DNA from: Terriglobia bacterium
GTDB taxonomy: Bacteria > Acidobacteriota > Terriglobia > UBA7540
Assembly (NCBI GenBank): GCA_046706005.1
Contig: JBJKPU010000132.1
Location: 1-64,000 of the forward strand
Direction: 5' to 3'
Length of the DNA: 64,000 nt
How positions within the stretch are numbered: position 1 is the stretch's first letter; each line of letters begins with the position of its first letter. Below are positions 17,460 to 26,609 of this stretch, piece by piece. Under the pieces are notes generated by a model. It worked only from the letters and a program-made list of their open reading frames with translations. It did no database searches and had not been told where the DNA came from. The position numbers were made by a program, and so were the translations under genes.

Positions 17460-17505
17460 TCGGGAAGGGGCTTTCAGCCGCAAAGGTGTTGTTGGTGTAA
17501 ACGGA

Positions 17506-18321
17506 TCAGCGCGTGCTGCGGCGGCGGGAAGAGGATTTTGCCAGCGGGTGCCGGTAGGCTTTCGAAATATGAGCGGCCGTGGCCTGAACAGATTTGGCAA
17601 GCGAAGGCAAACGCCGCCGGGCGACCCGGCTGACGGGCGCCGTCAGGCTGATGGCGGCGATGGCCCGCTGTCTGGAATCGAGAACCGGCGCGGCAATGCA
17701 GCGCGCGCCCGTAATCGCTTCTTCGTCGTCCACGGCAAATCCCCGTTTGCGAGTTAAAGCGAGTTCCTTCCGAAGCCGCGCGGCGGTGGTAATCGTGCGG
17801 GGCGTCATCTTCTGAAACCGCAGACCGGCCAGCAGCCGCTCCTGTTGCTCGGCGGGTAGAAAGGCCAGCAGGGCCTTGCCCAGCGCCGTCGAGTGCAGGG
17901 GTCGCTTGGTTCCGGGTGATGAAACCAGCCGGAACGCGTGCGGGCTTTCCAGCACTTCCACGTAAAGAACGGCGTCGGCATCGCGAATCCCCACGTTGAC
18001 TGATTCATTCGTAGAGCGCTGCAAATCGCGAAGGTACGGCCAGGCGATGGAGCGCAGCCCTTCCACCCAGTTGCCGCGCGCCGCCATTTCAATAAACTTG
18101 ATGCCCAGCACGTAACACTGCGAGGAGTTGCGCACCAGGTAGCCGTCGCGCTCCAAATGCGACAGAAACCGGTAAGCCGTGCTCTTGTTGAATCCCGAAT
18201 GTTGGCTGACTTCCTTCAGCCGCAGGCCGCGCGGCGATTCTGAGATGAGGTCCAGAATTCGCAGCGCCTTGATGAGCGTCCCAACCGGCTGAGCTTTGCT
18301 GATTTTGACTTCGATTTCCAC
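17506..18321 (-). CDS. IclR-family transcriptional regulator
   Basis: N-terminal wHTH (LIKALRILDLISESPRGLRLKEVSQHSGFNKSTAYRFLSHLERDGYL) plus IclR effector domain. GTG start at 18321 preceded by GGAGG. The table ORF starts further upstream. Confidence 0.8.
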   Translation of the reverse strand: MEIEVKISKAQPVGTLIKALRILDLISESPRGLRLKEVSQHSGFNKSTAYRFLSHLERDGYLVRNSSQCYVLGIKFIEMAARGNWVEGLRSIAWPYLRDLQRSTNESVNVGIRDADAVLYVEVLESPHAFRLVSSPGTKRPLHSTALGKALLAFLPAEQQERLLAGLRFQKMTPRTITTAARLRKELALTRKRGFAVDDEEAITGARCIAAPVLDSRQRAIAAISLTAPVSRVARRRLPSLAKSVQATAAHISKAYRHPLAKSSSRRRSTR

Positions 18322-18620
18322 GATCGCCTCCTCTGCGGAACTGTTGTTCGCGGCGATGACCGGCACGGCCCCACTGCAGCAACGGCACATATTTTAACAT
18401 CTGAAACTTATTACTCAAGCGTTTAAGGAACTTTTGAAGGGCGGGACTCCGCCAATCCCTTGGGCTGGGAGCCCACGGGAGGAGACAAAGGGGATTGGAT
18501 GTCTCTTTGTTTTCTCCGCTTACCGGCGCATTTCTTTTTTTGTGACGGACATCATATCGCCCGCAGTCCGCGGGGAGCATAATCCGTTTAACAATAGTGG
18601 ACCGAAAGGAGGCGAACGTT

Positions 18621-19088
18621 ATGCTCTCCTACAAACTGGTGAATTTGATCGAGGAGCATTCGGAGACGCTGTCCATGAAGCTTCTCGGGAAAGTGGATCG
18701 GTCCCCCTGCACACGGTCATACAGCCGAGTGCCGCAGCAGGAGTTGAAGGACCGAGTTTCAGAAATCTACCTGAATCTGGGCCGTTGGCTGCTGCACAAG
18801 CCGGAAACCGATCTATCCCGGCTTTACCAGGAGATCGGTGCGCGCCGGTTCCATCAGCAAGTGGCATTGGCGGACCTGGTCTGGGCCATCGTCCTGGCCA
18901 AGCAAACCCTTTGGGAGTTCCTGGACTCGGAAGGCATCCCGGAGCGACTGGCGGAAGTTTACGGAGAACTCGACCTGCTGCAGATGCTGGGCGGTTTTTT
19001 TGACCGCGCCATTCACTATGCTGTAGCGGGATATGAGGAAGCTCGCGCCAGCCAGTATTCACCCGGGCGCATGGCTGCCGTCAGGTAG
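18621..19088 (+). CDS. hypothetical protein (155 aa)
   Basis: ATG at 18621 preceded by AAAGGAGG. Good coding composition. Divergent from the IclR gene. No recognisable domain. Confidence 0.5.
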   Translation: MLSYKLVNLIEEHSETLSMKLLGKVDRSPCTRSYSRVPQQELKDRVSEIYLNLGRWLLHKPETDLSRLYQEIGARRFHQQVALADLVWAIVLAKQTLWEFLDSEGIPERLAEVYGELDLLQMLGGFFDRAIHYAVAGYEEARASQYSPGRMAAVR

Positions 19089-19123
19089 GGTCAAGGATCG
19101 GGTTTACTTCCAAAGGCCGCCGC

Positions 19124-20923
19124 TCACGCTCCCGCCGGAGTATCGGAGCGAGGGCTGGAAAAGAAAGCTTCAATTTCTTCCAGCGTCTTGCCCTTGGTTT
19201 CCGGCAGAAAGAACGTGACGGTTATAAAGTAGATGACCGTGAATCCCGCAAACAGCACAAACATCGTCGTGTATCCGTAGCGTCCGACGGTGGGCAGAAA
19301 AATCGCGGCCAGAAACGTGGCCACCGCCTCGTTGATCACGAGCGCGATGCTCATTCCGTTGGAGCGGATGCGCGTCGGCATCAGCTCTGAGAGGGCGAGC
19401 CAGACGCAGATGCCCGGACCCAGGGCGTAAAACGCCACAAAACTGAACAGGCTCAGAGCCACCAGCCAGCCGTTTTTCCGGCTGGGCAGCGGCGTAATCA
19501 GCGCGTGCTGGATACGCAGCGGAGCCGTCCGCGCCTGGTCGAGATTGCCGAACGGGTCGGAGAAGAACGCCAGCACTTTATTCGCGGGAAGGCAGTTCTT
19601 GCGGCTGATCTGGATTGGTTCCGAGGGCGGAGCGTTGGAGAGCGCGGCCGGCGTCACGGCGCTGAAATCGCCATAAGAATAAATGATGGTCAGCGTGTTC
19701 GGTTCGGCGGCCATCTGCGTGTTGCCGGATTCGGTCAGCCATTGCTTTTCGAGTTCGGGCGTAAGATGCAAGGTCAGGCTGGATTTTCCTTCCGCCATCG
19801 CCTGAACCGCCTGCCGTGCATCCACGCGATAGCGTTCCGTGCGATGGAAAAGGAAGGCCGTTCCCAGCAGAGAAATCACAATGCCCGCCGTCCCCAGCGA
19901 CAAAAGGAATTTGCGTCCTTTGCGGTCCACCATCAGGACACCCACCACGGTGGCCAGCGCCTGCACCACAGTGAAAAGGATGTAGCCCCAGTGCGCCTGC
20001 ACGTCCGTCAGCCCGCTCTGAATCAGGATGGCCGTGTTGTATCCGATAATGGAATTGATTCCCGTCGCCTGGTTGGCGGCCAGAATCACACAGGCCAGCA
20101 GAAACGGAATCACATATTTGCGCTGCAGCAGTGATTCCGCCGTGCGCCTTCCCGCTGACTTGATTTTTTCCGCCGCCTGGGCGCTTTCCATTTCCTCCAG
20201 TTCAAGCCGCGCTTTTTCAGGGGGCCGCGAGCGCAGGAGCGCCTGCAGAGCGGCATCTTTTTGCCCGCGCCGGAAAAGCCATCGCGGCGATTCCGCCACA
20301 AAAAATCCGCCCACAACGAACAGCAGTCCGGGCGGCAGCGAGACCCAGAAAATGCTGCGCCAGGCGTGATCCTTATAAGTGAACAGCAAAGCCGCATTGC
20401 CCAGCTTGGCGACTTCCTCAACCCGCAGACTGAAGTACATTCCCACGCCCGCCGCCGCCACAATGCCGATAGTCAGCAGCCACTGGAACATCGCCGTGCC
20501 CTGGCCGCGATCTTCCGGCGCCAGGCACTCGGCCAGGTAGAGCGGAACCACCACGCCGATCAATCCGGCGCTGATTCCCTGGCACAGTCGCCCCAGAATC
20601 AGGAACTCGTAACTGTGCGAAAGCGCGATGATCGGAATGCTGATGGCGAACAGTGTGCCGCTCAAAATCATCAGCCATTTCCGTCCCATCCCATCGGCCA
20701 GCAGGCCGGCAAAAAGCGTTGAGATGACCGTGCCCAGCAGCACGGCCGCGACGACAAAGGAAATCTGCCCGGCGTTCAGTCCCGAAGTCGCTTCCAGATA
20801 AGGCAGCGCGCCGGCGATGATGCCCACGTCCACGCCATAGAGCAGGCCTCCGAGCCCGGCCACGAGTTTCAGGAACCGGTTATAGTTTGCAGGAGTGATT
20901 CTATTGTTCGCTGTCGTTTGCAC
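19124..20923 (-). CDS. MFS sugar-porter family transporter with an approximately 135-aa insertion between predicted TM9 and TM10
   Basis: Sugar-porter signatures (GRKWLMILSG, PESPRWL, PETKGKTLEEIE) and 12 TM segments. A long hydrophilic insert HRTERYRVDARQ...SRKNGW sits between TM9 and TM10. Confidence 0.85.
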   Translation of the reverse strand: MQTTANNRITPANYNRFLKLVAGLGGLLYGVDVGIIAGALPYLEATSGLNAGQISFVVAAVLLGTVISTLFAGLLADGMGRKWLMILSGTLFAISIPIIALSHSYEFLILGRLCQGISAGLIGVVVPLYLAECLAPEDRGQGTAMFQWLLTIGIVAAAGVGMYFSLRVEEVAKLGNAALLFTYKDHAWRSIFWVSLPPGLLFVVGGFFVAESPRWLFRRGQKDAALQALLRSRPPEKARLELEEMESAQAAEKIKSAGRRTAESLLQRKYVIPFLLACVILAANQATGINSIIGYNTAILIQSGLTDVQAHWGYILFTVVQALATVVGVLMVDRKGRKFLLSLGTAGIVISLLGTAFLFHRTERYRVDARQAVQAMAEGKSSLTLHLTPELEKQWLTESGNTQMAAEPNTLTIIYSYGDFSAVTPAALSNAPPSEPIQISRKNCLPANKVLAFFSDPFGNLDQARTAPLRIQHALITPLPSRKNGWLVALSLFSFVAFYALGPGICVWLALSELMPTRIRSNGMSIALVINEAVATFLAAIFLPTVGRYGYTTMFVLFAGFTVIYFITVTFFLPETKGKTLEEIEAFFSSPRSDTPAGA

Positions 20924-21090
20924 GTTGGCCCCTCTGCGACAGGTGTCGCCACGCCAAAGATTCGGCTAAGAATGCCATCTCCGCGTGCAAAAGACAATCA
21001 AATGTGAACGGAGGCGCGTGAGATTTCGGAAGCCGTTTATCACGGGGATTCCGCTGCCGCGGTTGCTTCCGATTGGATTGCCGGGAATAA

Positions 21091-21166
21091 TGGTGGACCT
21101 GGAGGGGTTCGAACCCTCGACCTCATGACTGCCAGTCATGCGCGCTCCCAACTGCGCCACAGGCCC
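21091..21166 (-). tRNA. tRNA-Ala (anticodon GGC)
   Basis: The reverse complement folds as a cloverleaf: acceptor GGGCCTG/CAGGTCC with G3:U70, anticodon loop CTGGCAG (GGC), T-loop GGTTCGAACCC, encoded CCA. Confidence 0.85.
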
Positions 21167-21396
21167 AAACGATTGATTTTCCATATCCTACACTATTGCG
21201 TAGTAAGTGGTAAAGTCGGCCTTTTGGCCGCTCGGAACGGAGCGTGAATGGCGAATGCTCCTCTGATCCTCGCATTGCCTTCTCAATTCCGGCGTGCCCG
21301 CTATGTAAAGTTCTGCGCTGATCCCTGCGCCATGTTGCACGCTTTCGCCGCAGTTTCTATTGGAACCGTTGTGCCGGGCGCAGCATCCAATTCCCG

Positions 21397-21774
21397 ATGA
21401 ACCATGTCCGCACCAGCGCCTTGACTCTGCTGATGGCCTTCCTTGCTGCCATGACTCTGAGCCTTCCGATTCGCGCCGAAGTGTGCCGCGGCCCCATTTT
21501 CAGCCCTCCTTCGGGCCAATTGACACCAACTCAGGCGCCTTCTGAGCGCGATGCTAACCCACGTCCGGCACCTACGCCGTTGTGCCATCTACTCTGCCGG
21601 GGATTTGTTGCCGTCGTTGCGGATTCACCATCACAACTGCACAGGGGAATGCCCGCTGTTCTGGAAGTTCGTACGATTGATCCGATGGTCGCCATGCCAA
21701 CGGCCACAATGAAACAGACTTCCATGTTTCCGCCGGGCGCTTCTCCGCCGCATCTTACAGTTCTGCGAATCTGA
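21397..21774 (+). CDS. hypothetical small secreted Pro-rich protein
   Basis: Signal peptide MNHVRTSALTLLMAFLAAMTLSLPIRA. No homology recognised. Weak support. Confidence 0.25.
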   Translation: MNHVRTSALTLLMAFLAAMTLSLPIRAEVCRGPIFSPPSGQLTPTQAPSERDANPRPAPTPLCHLLCRGFVAVVADSPSQLHRGMPAVLEVRTIDPMVAMPTATMKQTSMFPPGASPPHLTVLRI

Positions 21775-21915
21775 TTTTCACTTCGATCCCAAACGCCATT
21801 CTCTTGCTGGTTTGCGAGCGGCAGCCTTTTGTGCCTGTCCTGTTTGCGAGCGGACCTCCACGGCTGCAATTACAGGCGAAGTGTTCGATGCAAATTCAAG
21901 GAGATCGGAGAAGCT

Positions 21916-23436
21916 ATGTTTAAAAAGTACGCGAAAAGAAATTGCGAGATGCGCCAGCGTTTTTGCAGGACCTCATTCTTGGTTGTCGCTGGATTGTTTC
22001 TATTTGCTGCAGCGTGGCTGGCAGACCCCGGTAGGGGCGCAGCCCAAAAAGGGAAGTCCGGCCAGAATGCGGTAGCAGCGGAATTTCCCTCCCAGTACCT
22101 TCCGAACAATCTTCCCAGCGCGCGGGTTGCCCGTTTTTATCCTCAAACGTGGACGACGTACGCCTCAAACAAAGGCAGAAACGCCGTCTTTGCCCTGCCG
22201 AAGCAGGCTCCCGGTACTTTGCGCAAGGGAGTGAACTGGAGATTTGCAGGAGCAGGAGCTATCCCTCTGGATGGTCCGGCCATCGACCACAATATCCTCA
22301 CAACAGCTTATGGAGTCGGAATGCCGGTCGGTGTTTCGGTTGTGAAAGGAATGGCTTATGTCGGAAGCGACAATGGCTATACTTATGCGCTGAATGCGGC
22401 TACGGGCAATCTGGTCTGGGCGCATTACGGATGGAACATGACCATGAGCAACCCGCTGGTGGTAGGCGGCCGAGTGTACGTCTCAACCGGAAGCGCCTAT
22501 TTTAATTATGCCAACACCATGCTGTACCTGAACGGGAAACGTCCGACGCGGGGGCCCGGACTCAACTCCATGTACGCGCTGGACGCCCGCACAGGGAAGG
22601 AAATCTGGGCCTACCATTTTCCCGGGGAAGCCATGCCGACCGCCGCGTATGATAACGGCTTCCTCTACATCGGAACCGGAGACGGCCACATTTACAAGCT
22701 CGACGCCGCGACCGGCAAGCCCGACTGGATTTCCGACATCGTTTCGTTTGTCAGCATGTCGTCGCCTGTTTTGGACGGCAAATATCTATTTGTCGGGGGC
22801 ACCCATCCGAATTTCTTTTACGCTGTGGACGAAAAAACCGGCAAAGTTGCCTGGAAGATGACGCTGCCGAAGCTGGTGGCTACGGGCATGGGTGACTGCA
22901 CGCCCGCGTACTCGGATGGCATCGTGGTCCAGGAAGCGACCATCGAAACCGGTGACCCGGTGAAGCCTGTTGCCAACGTTCTGCTGGCTCTCAACGCGAA
23001 CACCGGCAGGATCATTTGGGAACACCGGTTTGATAAAGGTCCGGTCCCGCCGGCGATGAAGACCGCGACGCCGATGATCGCCGAGGCCGCGGTTTTCGAA
23101 GGAAGTCCGGTAACCGGCAATTACTATGCATTCGACCTGAAAAGCGGGAAGGAACTCTGGAAGGTTCACCTCGGCGCCCAAATTCGCGCCGGCGGGGCAT
23201 TGTGGAATGGTATCGTTTATGTGCCGTACAAGTCCGGCGATATCGCTGCGATCCGGGTTTCAGACGGCAAGTTGCTCGGGAACAGGCACATCGGCGGAGC
23301 GTTTGGGCCTTCCTCGCCCGTAATTGTGGGCGGAACACTTTACGTCACCAATATTTTCGGCTACGCCATGGCAATACCAGTCTCGACTATCCCCGGACCA
23401 GCCAATGGGGTGGAACGGACAGCTCAAACCCGCTGA
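21916..23436 (+). CDS. secreted PQQ-like beta-propeller repeat protein
   Basis: Signal peptide after the ATG at 21916 (AAGGAGA RBS). Repeated xGxxxW / 'G.LYA.DA.TGK..W' blades. Confidence 0.8.
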   Translation: MFKKYAKRNCEMRQRFCRTSFLVVAGLFLFAAAWLADPGRGAAQKGKSGQNAVAAEFPSQYLPNNLPSARVARFYPQTWTTYASNKGRNAVFALPKQAPGTLRKGVNWRFAGAGAIPLDGPAIDHNILTTAYGVGMPVGVSVVKGMAYVGSDNGYTYALNAATGNLVWAHYGWNMTMSNPLVVGGRVYVSTGSAYFNYANTMLYLNGKRPTRGPGLNSMYALDARTGKEIWAYHFPGEAMPTAAYDNGFLYIGTGDGHIYKLDAATGKPDWISDIVSFVSMSSPVLDGKYLFVGGTHPNFFYAVDEKTGKVAWKMTLPKLVATGMGDCTPAYSDGIVVQEATIETGDPVKPVANVLLALNANTGRIIWEHRFDKGPVPPAMKTATPMIAEAAVFEGSPVTGNYYAFDLKSGKELWKVHLGAQIRAGGALWNGIVYVPYKSGDIAAIRVSDGKLLGNRHIGGAFGPSSPVIVGGTLYVTNIFGYAMAIPVSTIPGPANGVERTAQTR

Positions 23437-23542
23437 CGCATGGCGCGCCCCGCAGCATGGCCAGGTATGGATTGCTGCGGGGTGAAACCCCTGAGCAGTG
23501 TGTATGGGCAGTCTTTGGAGCCCCACTTCACCAAAATTTATT

Positions 23543-23570
23543 GGAACCAAACAGGCGCCGCGAGTGTCTA
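23543..23570 (+). promoter_or_regulatory. possible ECF-type autoregulatory promoter (GGAAC-N18-GTCTA)
   Basis: GGAAC at 23543-47 and GTCTA at 23566-70, upstream of the ECF sigma gene. The spacer is 1-2 nt longer than canonical. Confidence 0.25.
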
Positions 23571-23661
23571 CAGTTTCAGGAGGGTGTGTCTGGTTCCGAA
23601 GGCTCAGGCCTCTGGGCCGAAGCTTGATGAAGCGTAGGGGACCTGATATCTTGTAGGTGTT

Positions 23662-24294
23662 ATGGGGGCTTCAAGATACATCGGTGCGGCAATCGACCAG
23701 GACCTGGCGCGCGCCGCTAGCGGCGAGTCGGTGCTGGTTGCGGAGTTGCGAGGCGGGTCGGAGGAAGCGTTCGCCTATCTCCTGGGAATTTATCAGAACC
23801 CGGTTTACAACATGGTCGTGCACATGGTCCAGAATGAAAGCGACGCGGCCGACGTTCTTCAGGAGACTTTCGTCAAGGTTTTCCGCGGCATCCGGCAGTT
23901 CCATGAGCAGAGCAGCCTGAAGACGTGGATTTACCGGATTGCGATGCGCGAAGCTCTGAATTTCCGGCGCAGTCGCGGGCGCCGGTTGTTCCACGAGCCT
24001 GTTTCCATGGACGATGATGGCGAGGCTTCCTGGCCGAGCCGGCACGAAGCGGCAAGCGATTTGCCGGGGCCGGATAGTCTGTTCGAACAAGGGGAGCGCC
24101 AGCAGGCCGCGCGGCGCGCGCTGGCCAGCCTCTCGCAGCCTTACCGCGCTGTTGTGGTTTTGCGGGAGATTGAATGCTGCCGCTATGAAGAAATCGGAGA
24201 GATTCTGGGCATGGCGCCCGGTACGGTCAAGTCGCGTTTGAAGCGGGGACGGGAACTGCTCCGGCGAAAGCTGGAGGCGAGCTGGCATCAGTAG
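23662..24294 (+). CDS. ECF sigma factor
   Basis: Region 2 (DVLQETFVKVFRGIRQF) and region 4 (YEEIGEILGMAPGTVKSRLKRG). Confidence 0.85.
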   Translation: MGASRYIGAAIDQDLARAASGESVLVAELRGGSEEAFAYLLGIYQNPVYNMVVHMVQNESDAADVLQETFVKVFRGIRQFHEQSSLKTWIYRIAMREALNFRRSRGRRLFHEPVSMDDDGEASWPSRHEAASDLPGPDSLFEQGERQQAARRALASLSQPYRAVVVLREIECCRYEEIGEILGMAPGTVKSRLKRGRELLRRKLEASWHQ

Positions 24295-24301
24295 GGCGAC
24301 G

Positions 24302-24955
24302 ATGATTTTTGAGTCGTGCGGCGAAATTCGTGAATCCTTTTCGGATTACCTGGACGGTATTCTGGAGCCTGAGGCGGCGCGGGCGATGCGGTATCACCTG
24401 AGCCTTTGCCCGTCGTGCGCAAAGGAACTGGAAGCCTGGCAGGCAATGCAGGAAGGAATCCGCACCCTTCCCAGGCGGCACGTGCCGCCCGAACTCGCGC
24501 TGCGCCTTCGGGTGAAGATGTCGCAGGAACTGCATCGCAACTTGATTGGCCGCTGGCTGGTGCGGTTTGAGAATTTTTTCCGGCCCGTTCTGCTGCCCTC
24601 GCTGGGCGGAGTTCTGGTGGCCATTATCTGTGTCGGCCTGATGATGGGCGAAGGTGTGCCGCCGGTTTCCAACACTCCTGATGTTCCCACGGATCTGGCT
24701 ACTCCCGTCGAAGTCCAGCGGCTTGCGCCGGTTACGTTGAACACCGACGACCGTCCTCTGGTTCTGGTCACTTACGTCAACGCCAGCGGCCGGGTCACCA
24801 GTTATCGCGTGCTCTCCGGACAAAGCTCGCCCAAGTTGATGGAGGAGCTTGACCAGATGCTTTACTTCAGTGTTTTCCGGCCCGCCACGACGTTCGGCCA
24901 GCCGATCAGCGGCAAAGTGGTGCTATCTTTCCGCCGTATCACGGTTCGAGGTTGA
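24302..24955 (+). CDS. anti-sigma factor (zf-HC2, TM)
   Basis: HLSLCPSCAKELEAWQ motif, a TM segment, and a position 7 nt after the sigma gene. Confidence 0.6.
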   Translation: MIFESCGEIRESFSDYLDGILEPEAARAMRYHLSLCPSCAKELEAWQAMQEGIRTLPRRHVPPELALRLRVKMSQELHRNLIGRWLVRFENFFRPVLLPSLGGVLVAIICVGLMMGEGVPPVSNTPDVPTDLATPVEVQRLAPVTLNTDDRPLVLVTYVNASGRVTSYRVLSGQSSPKLMEELDQMLYFSVFRPATTFGQPISGKVVLSFRRITVRG

Positions 24956-26511
24956 TCGGCTTGCCTGTCTTTGCTTCCTGCCGTCAGATCAAAAAGGATA
25001 AGCGCCGCGCCCACGAAAAATATCACCTGCGCCGGGCAGGGTGCCTGGCCGCCGCTTTTTTATTTCTCGGCCTGACGGCCGGTCCGGCCCGCGCTGCTGG
25101 TGAGGGCGACGTTGTCCTGAAGTCCAGCGAACAGCTCTTTGACGTTCTAGCGGCCATCAACGCGGCGGGATACAACTACAACCTGAATGTGGACACCGGT
25201 GACAAAACGCGTGCCGGAGTCCGCGATGCGCTCGCCAAAGAACACATTCCCGTTCTCCCTGAACTCAAAGCTTTTTACTCCGACCACACCGCGGGATTGG
25301 ATGGCGGCGAAATTCTCGGCCAGTACGTTTCTCTGGCGTTGCTGCTGGGGCCGCCGCCGGATTTCAAGCCCACGCTTGCGGCGCAGGATCTGCCGCCCGA
25401 CGCGCGCAGCGTGGCTGGCTTTCTGCCCTTGCTGCGCGATTTTTACAAACAGGCGAACCTGGCGGATCTCTGGGCGCGCGTTGAATCGCCTTTCCAGGCG
25501 CAGGTCGAGCGTTACAGCAATCCGGCGAGGCATACCATCGAGCTGACGGACGGTTATCTGCGTTTTCCCAGCGGCGCTTATCTGGGACGCACCTACACGA
25601 TTTACCTTGACCTGCTGGCGGCGGCCGGGCAGGTGCAGGGCCGCATTTACCGTTCTGATTACTATCTGGTTGTGGCGCCCTCCACCAATCTCAGGCTGTC
25701 GGCGATCCGCTACCAGTACCTGCATTTCCTTCTCGATCCTCTGGCGGTAAAATTCGCCGCAGACATCGAAAAGACTTCAGGCCTTCTGGTGATTGCGCGC
25801 AAAGCGCCGGAGTTGGGCGAGGATTACCGAAACGATTACTCGCTGCTGGCGACGGAATGTCTGATTCGCGCCGTCGAGTTGCGGATGGACAAGACGCCTG
25901 CCGCCCAGGCGCAGAAGTCCGTGCAGAAGATGGCCGAGGCGGGATTCATTCTGGTTCCGTATTTCTACAACGCGCTCGCGACTTTTGAAAATCAGCCCGC
26001 CGGGATGAGCGATTACTTCAAGACGCTGATGGACGGCATCAATCCCGCCGCGGAAAGCGCCAAACTGGCCGGCATCAAGTTTTCATCGCCGCACCCCGGG
26101 CAGGCCGCCGCTCCCGCCCCCGTCAAGTCGAAACACGACCAGATGCTCGATGAAGCGGACAACGATATTTATCAGGGTAAATACGAAGAGGCGAAGAATC
26201 TTTATACGGAAATTCTGAGCAAATTCAGCACGCGGCGTCCCCAGGCCTATTACGGAATCGCCGTGGCGAACAGCTTCCTGAGGAAGCCGGATCTGGCGAA
26301 AGAGTATTTCGAGAAGACGCTCGATTCAGCCCGCGACGCGCGCCTGGTGACCTGGTCGCACATTTATCTGGGGCGGATTGCGGATATCAACGGCGATCGC
26401 AAGGCGGCCGTGGCGCAATATCGAGCCGCCTCCGTCACCGCGGCGGCTTATCCGGAAGCCCTGCGCGCGGTTCAGCAAGGGCTTCGCGCGCCTTTTGGAT
26501 CGGGCCAGTGA
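24952..26511 (+). CDS. secreted protein with C-terminal TPR-like repeats, co-operonic with the ECF pair
   Basis: Signal peptide (AAAFLFLGLTAGPARAA). C-terminal TPR-like (YYGIAVANSF...YLGRIADINGDRKAAVAQY). Start uncertain (TTG in table). Confidence 0.5.
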   Translation: MIGLPVFASCRQIKKDKRRAHEKYHLRRAGCLAAAFLFLGLTAGPARAAGEGDVVLKSSEQLFDVLAAINAAGYNYNLNVDTGDKTRAGVRDALAKEHIPVLPELKAFYSDHTAGLDGGEILGQYVSLALLLGPPPDFKPTLAAQDLPPDARSVAGFLPLLRDFYKQANLADLWARVESPFQAQVERYSNPARHTIELTDGYLRFPSGAYLGRTYTIYLDLLAAAGQVQGRIYRSDYYLVVAPSTNLRLSAIRYQYLHFLLDPLAVKFAADIEKTSGLLVIARKAPELGEDYRNDYSLLATECLIRAVELRMDKTPAAQAQKSVQKMAEAGFILVPYFYNALATFENQPAGMSDYFKTLMDGINPAAESAKLAGIKFSSPHPGQAAAPAPVKSKHDQMLDEADNDIYQGKYEEAKNLYTEILSKFSTRRPQAYYGIAVANSFLRKPDLAKEYFEKTLDSARDARLVTWSHIYLGRIADINGDRKAAVAQYRAASVTAAAYPEALRAVQQGLRAPFGSGQ

Positions 26512-26539
26512 AAAAGCGCCAAAGCCATCCGTCCGAAGA

Positions 26540-26568
26540 TTGACAGCCTATGGGGATTCTTGTAGGCT
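26540..26568 (+). promoter_or_regulatory. sigma70-like promoter TTGACA-N17-TAGGCT
   Basis: TTGACA at 26540-45 and TAGGCT at 26563-68, upstream of the TPR gene. Confidence 0.35.
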
Positions 26569-26609
26569 CAAAATAGAAAAGATACTCTAACAGAGAGAAT
26601 AGAGGCTGT

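Noticed and set aside
19505-20722. + strand ORFs inside the MFS transporter
   Set aside because: Antisense shadows of the transporter gene.
20966-21184. 72-aa minus ORF
   Set aside because: Overlaps the tRNA-Ala gene. The tRNA fold explains the region.
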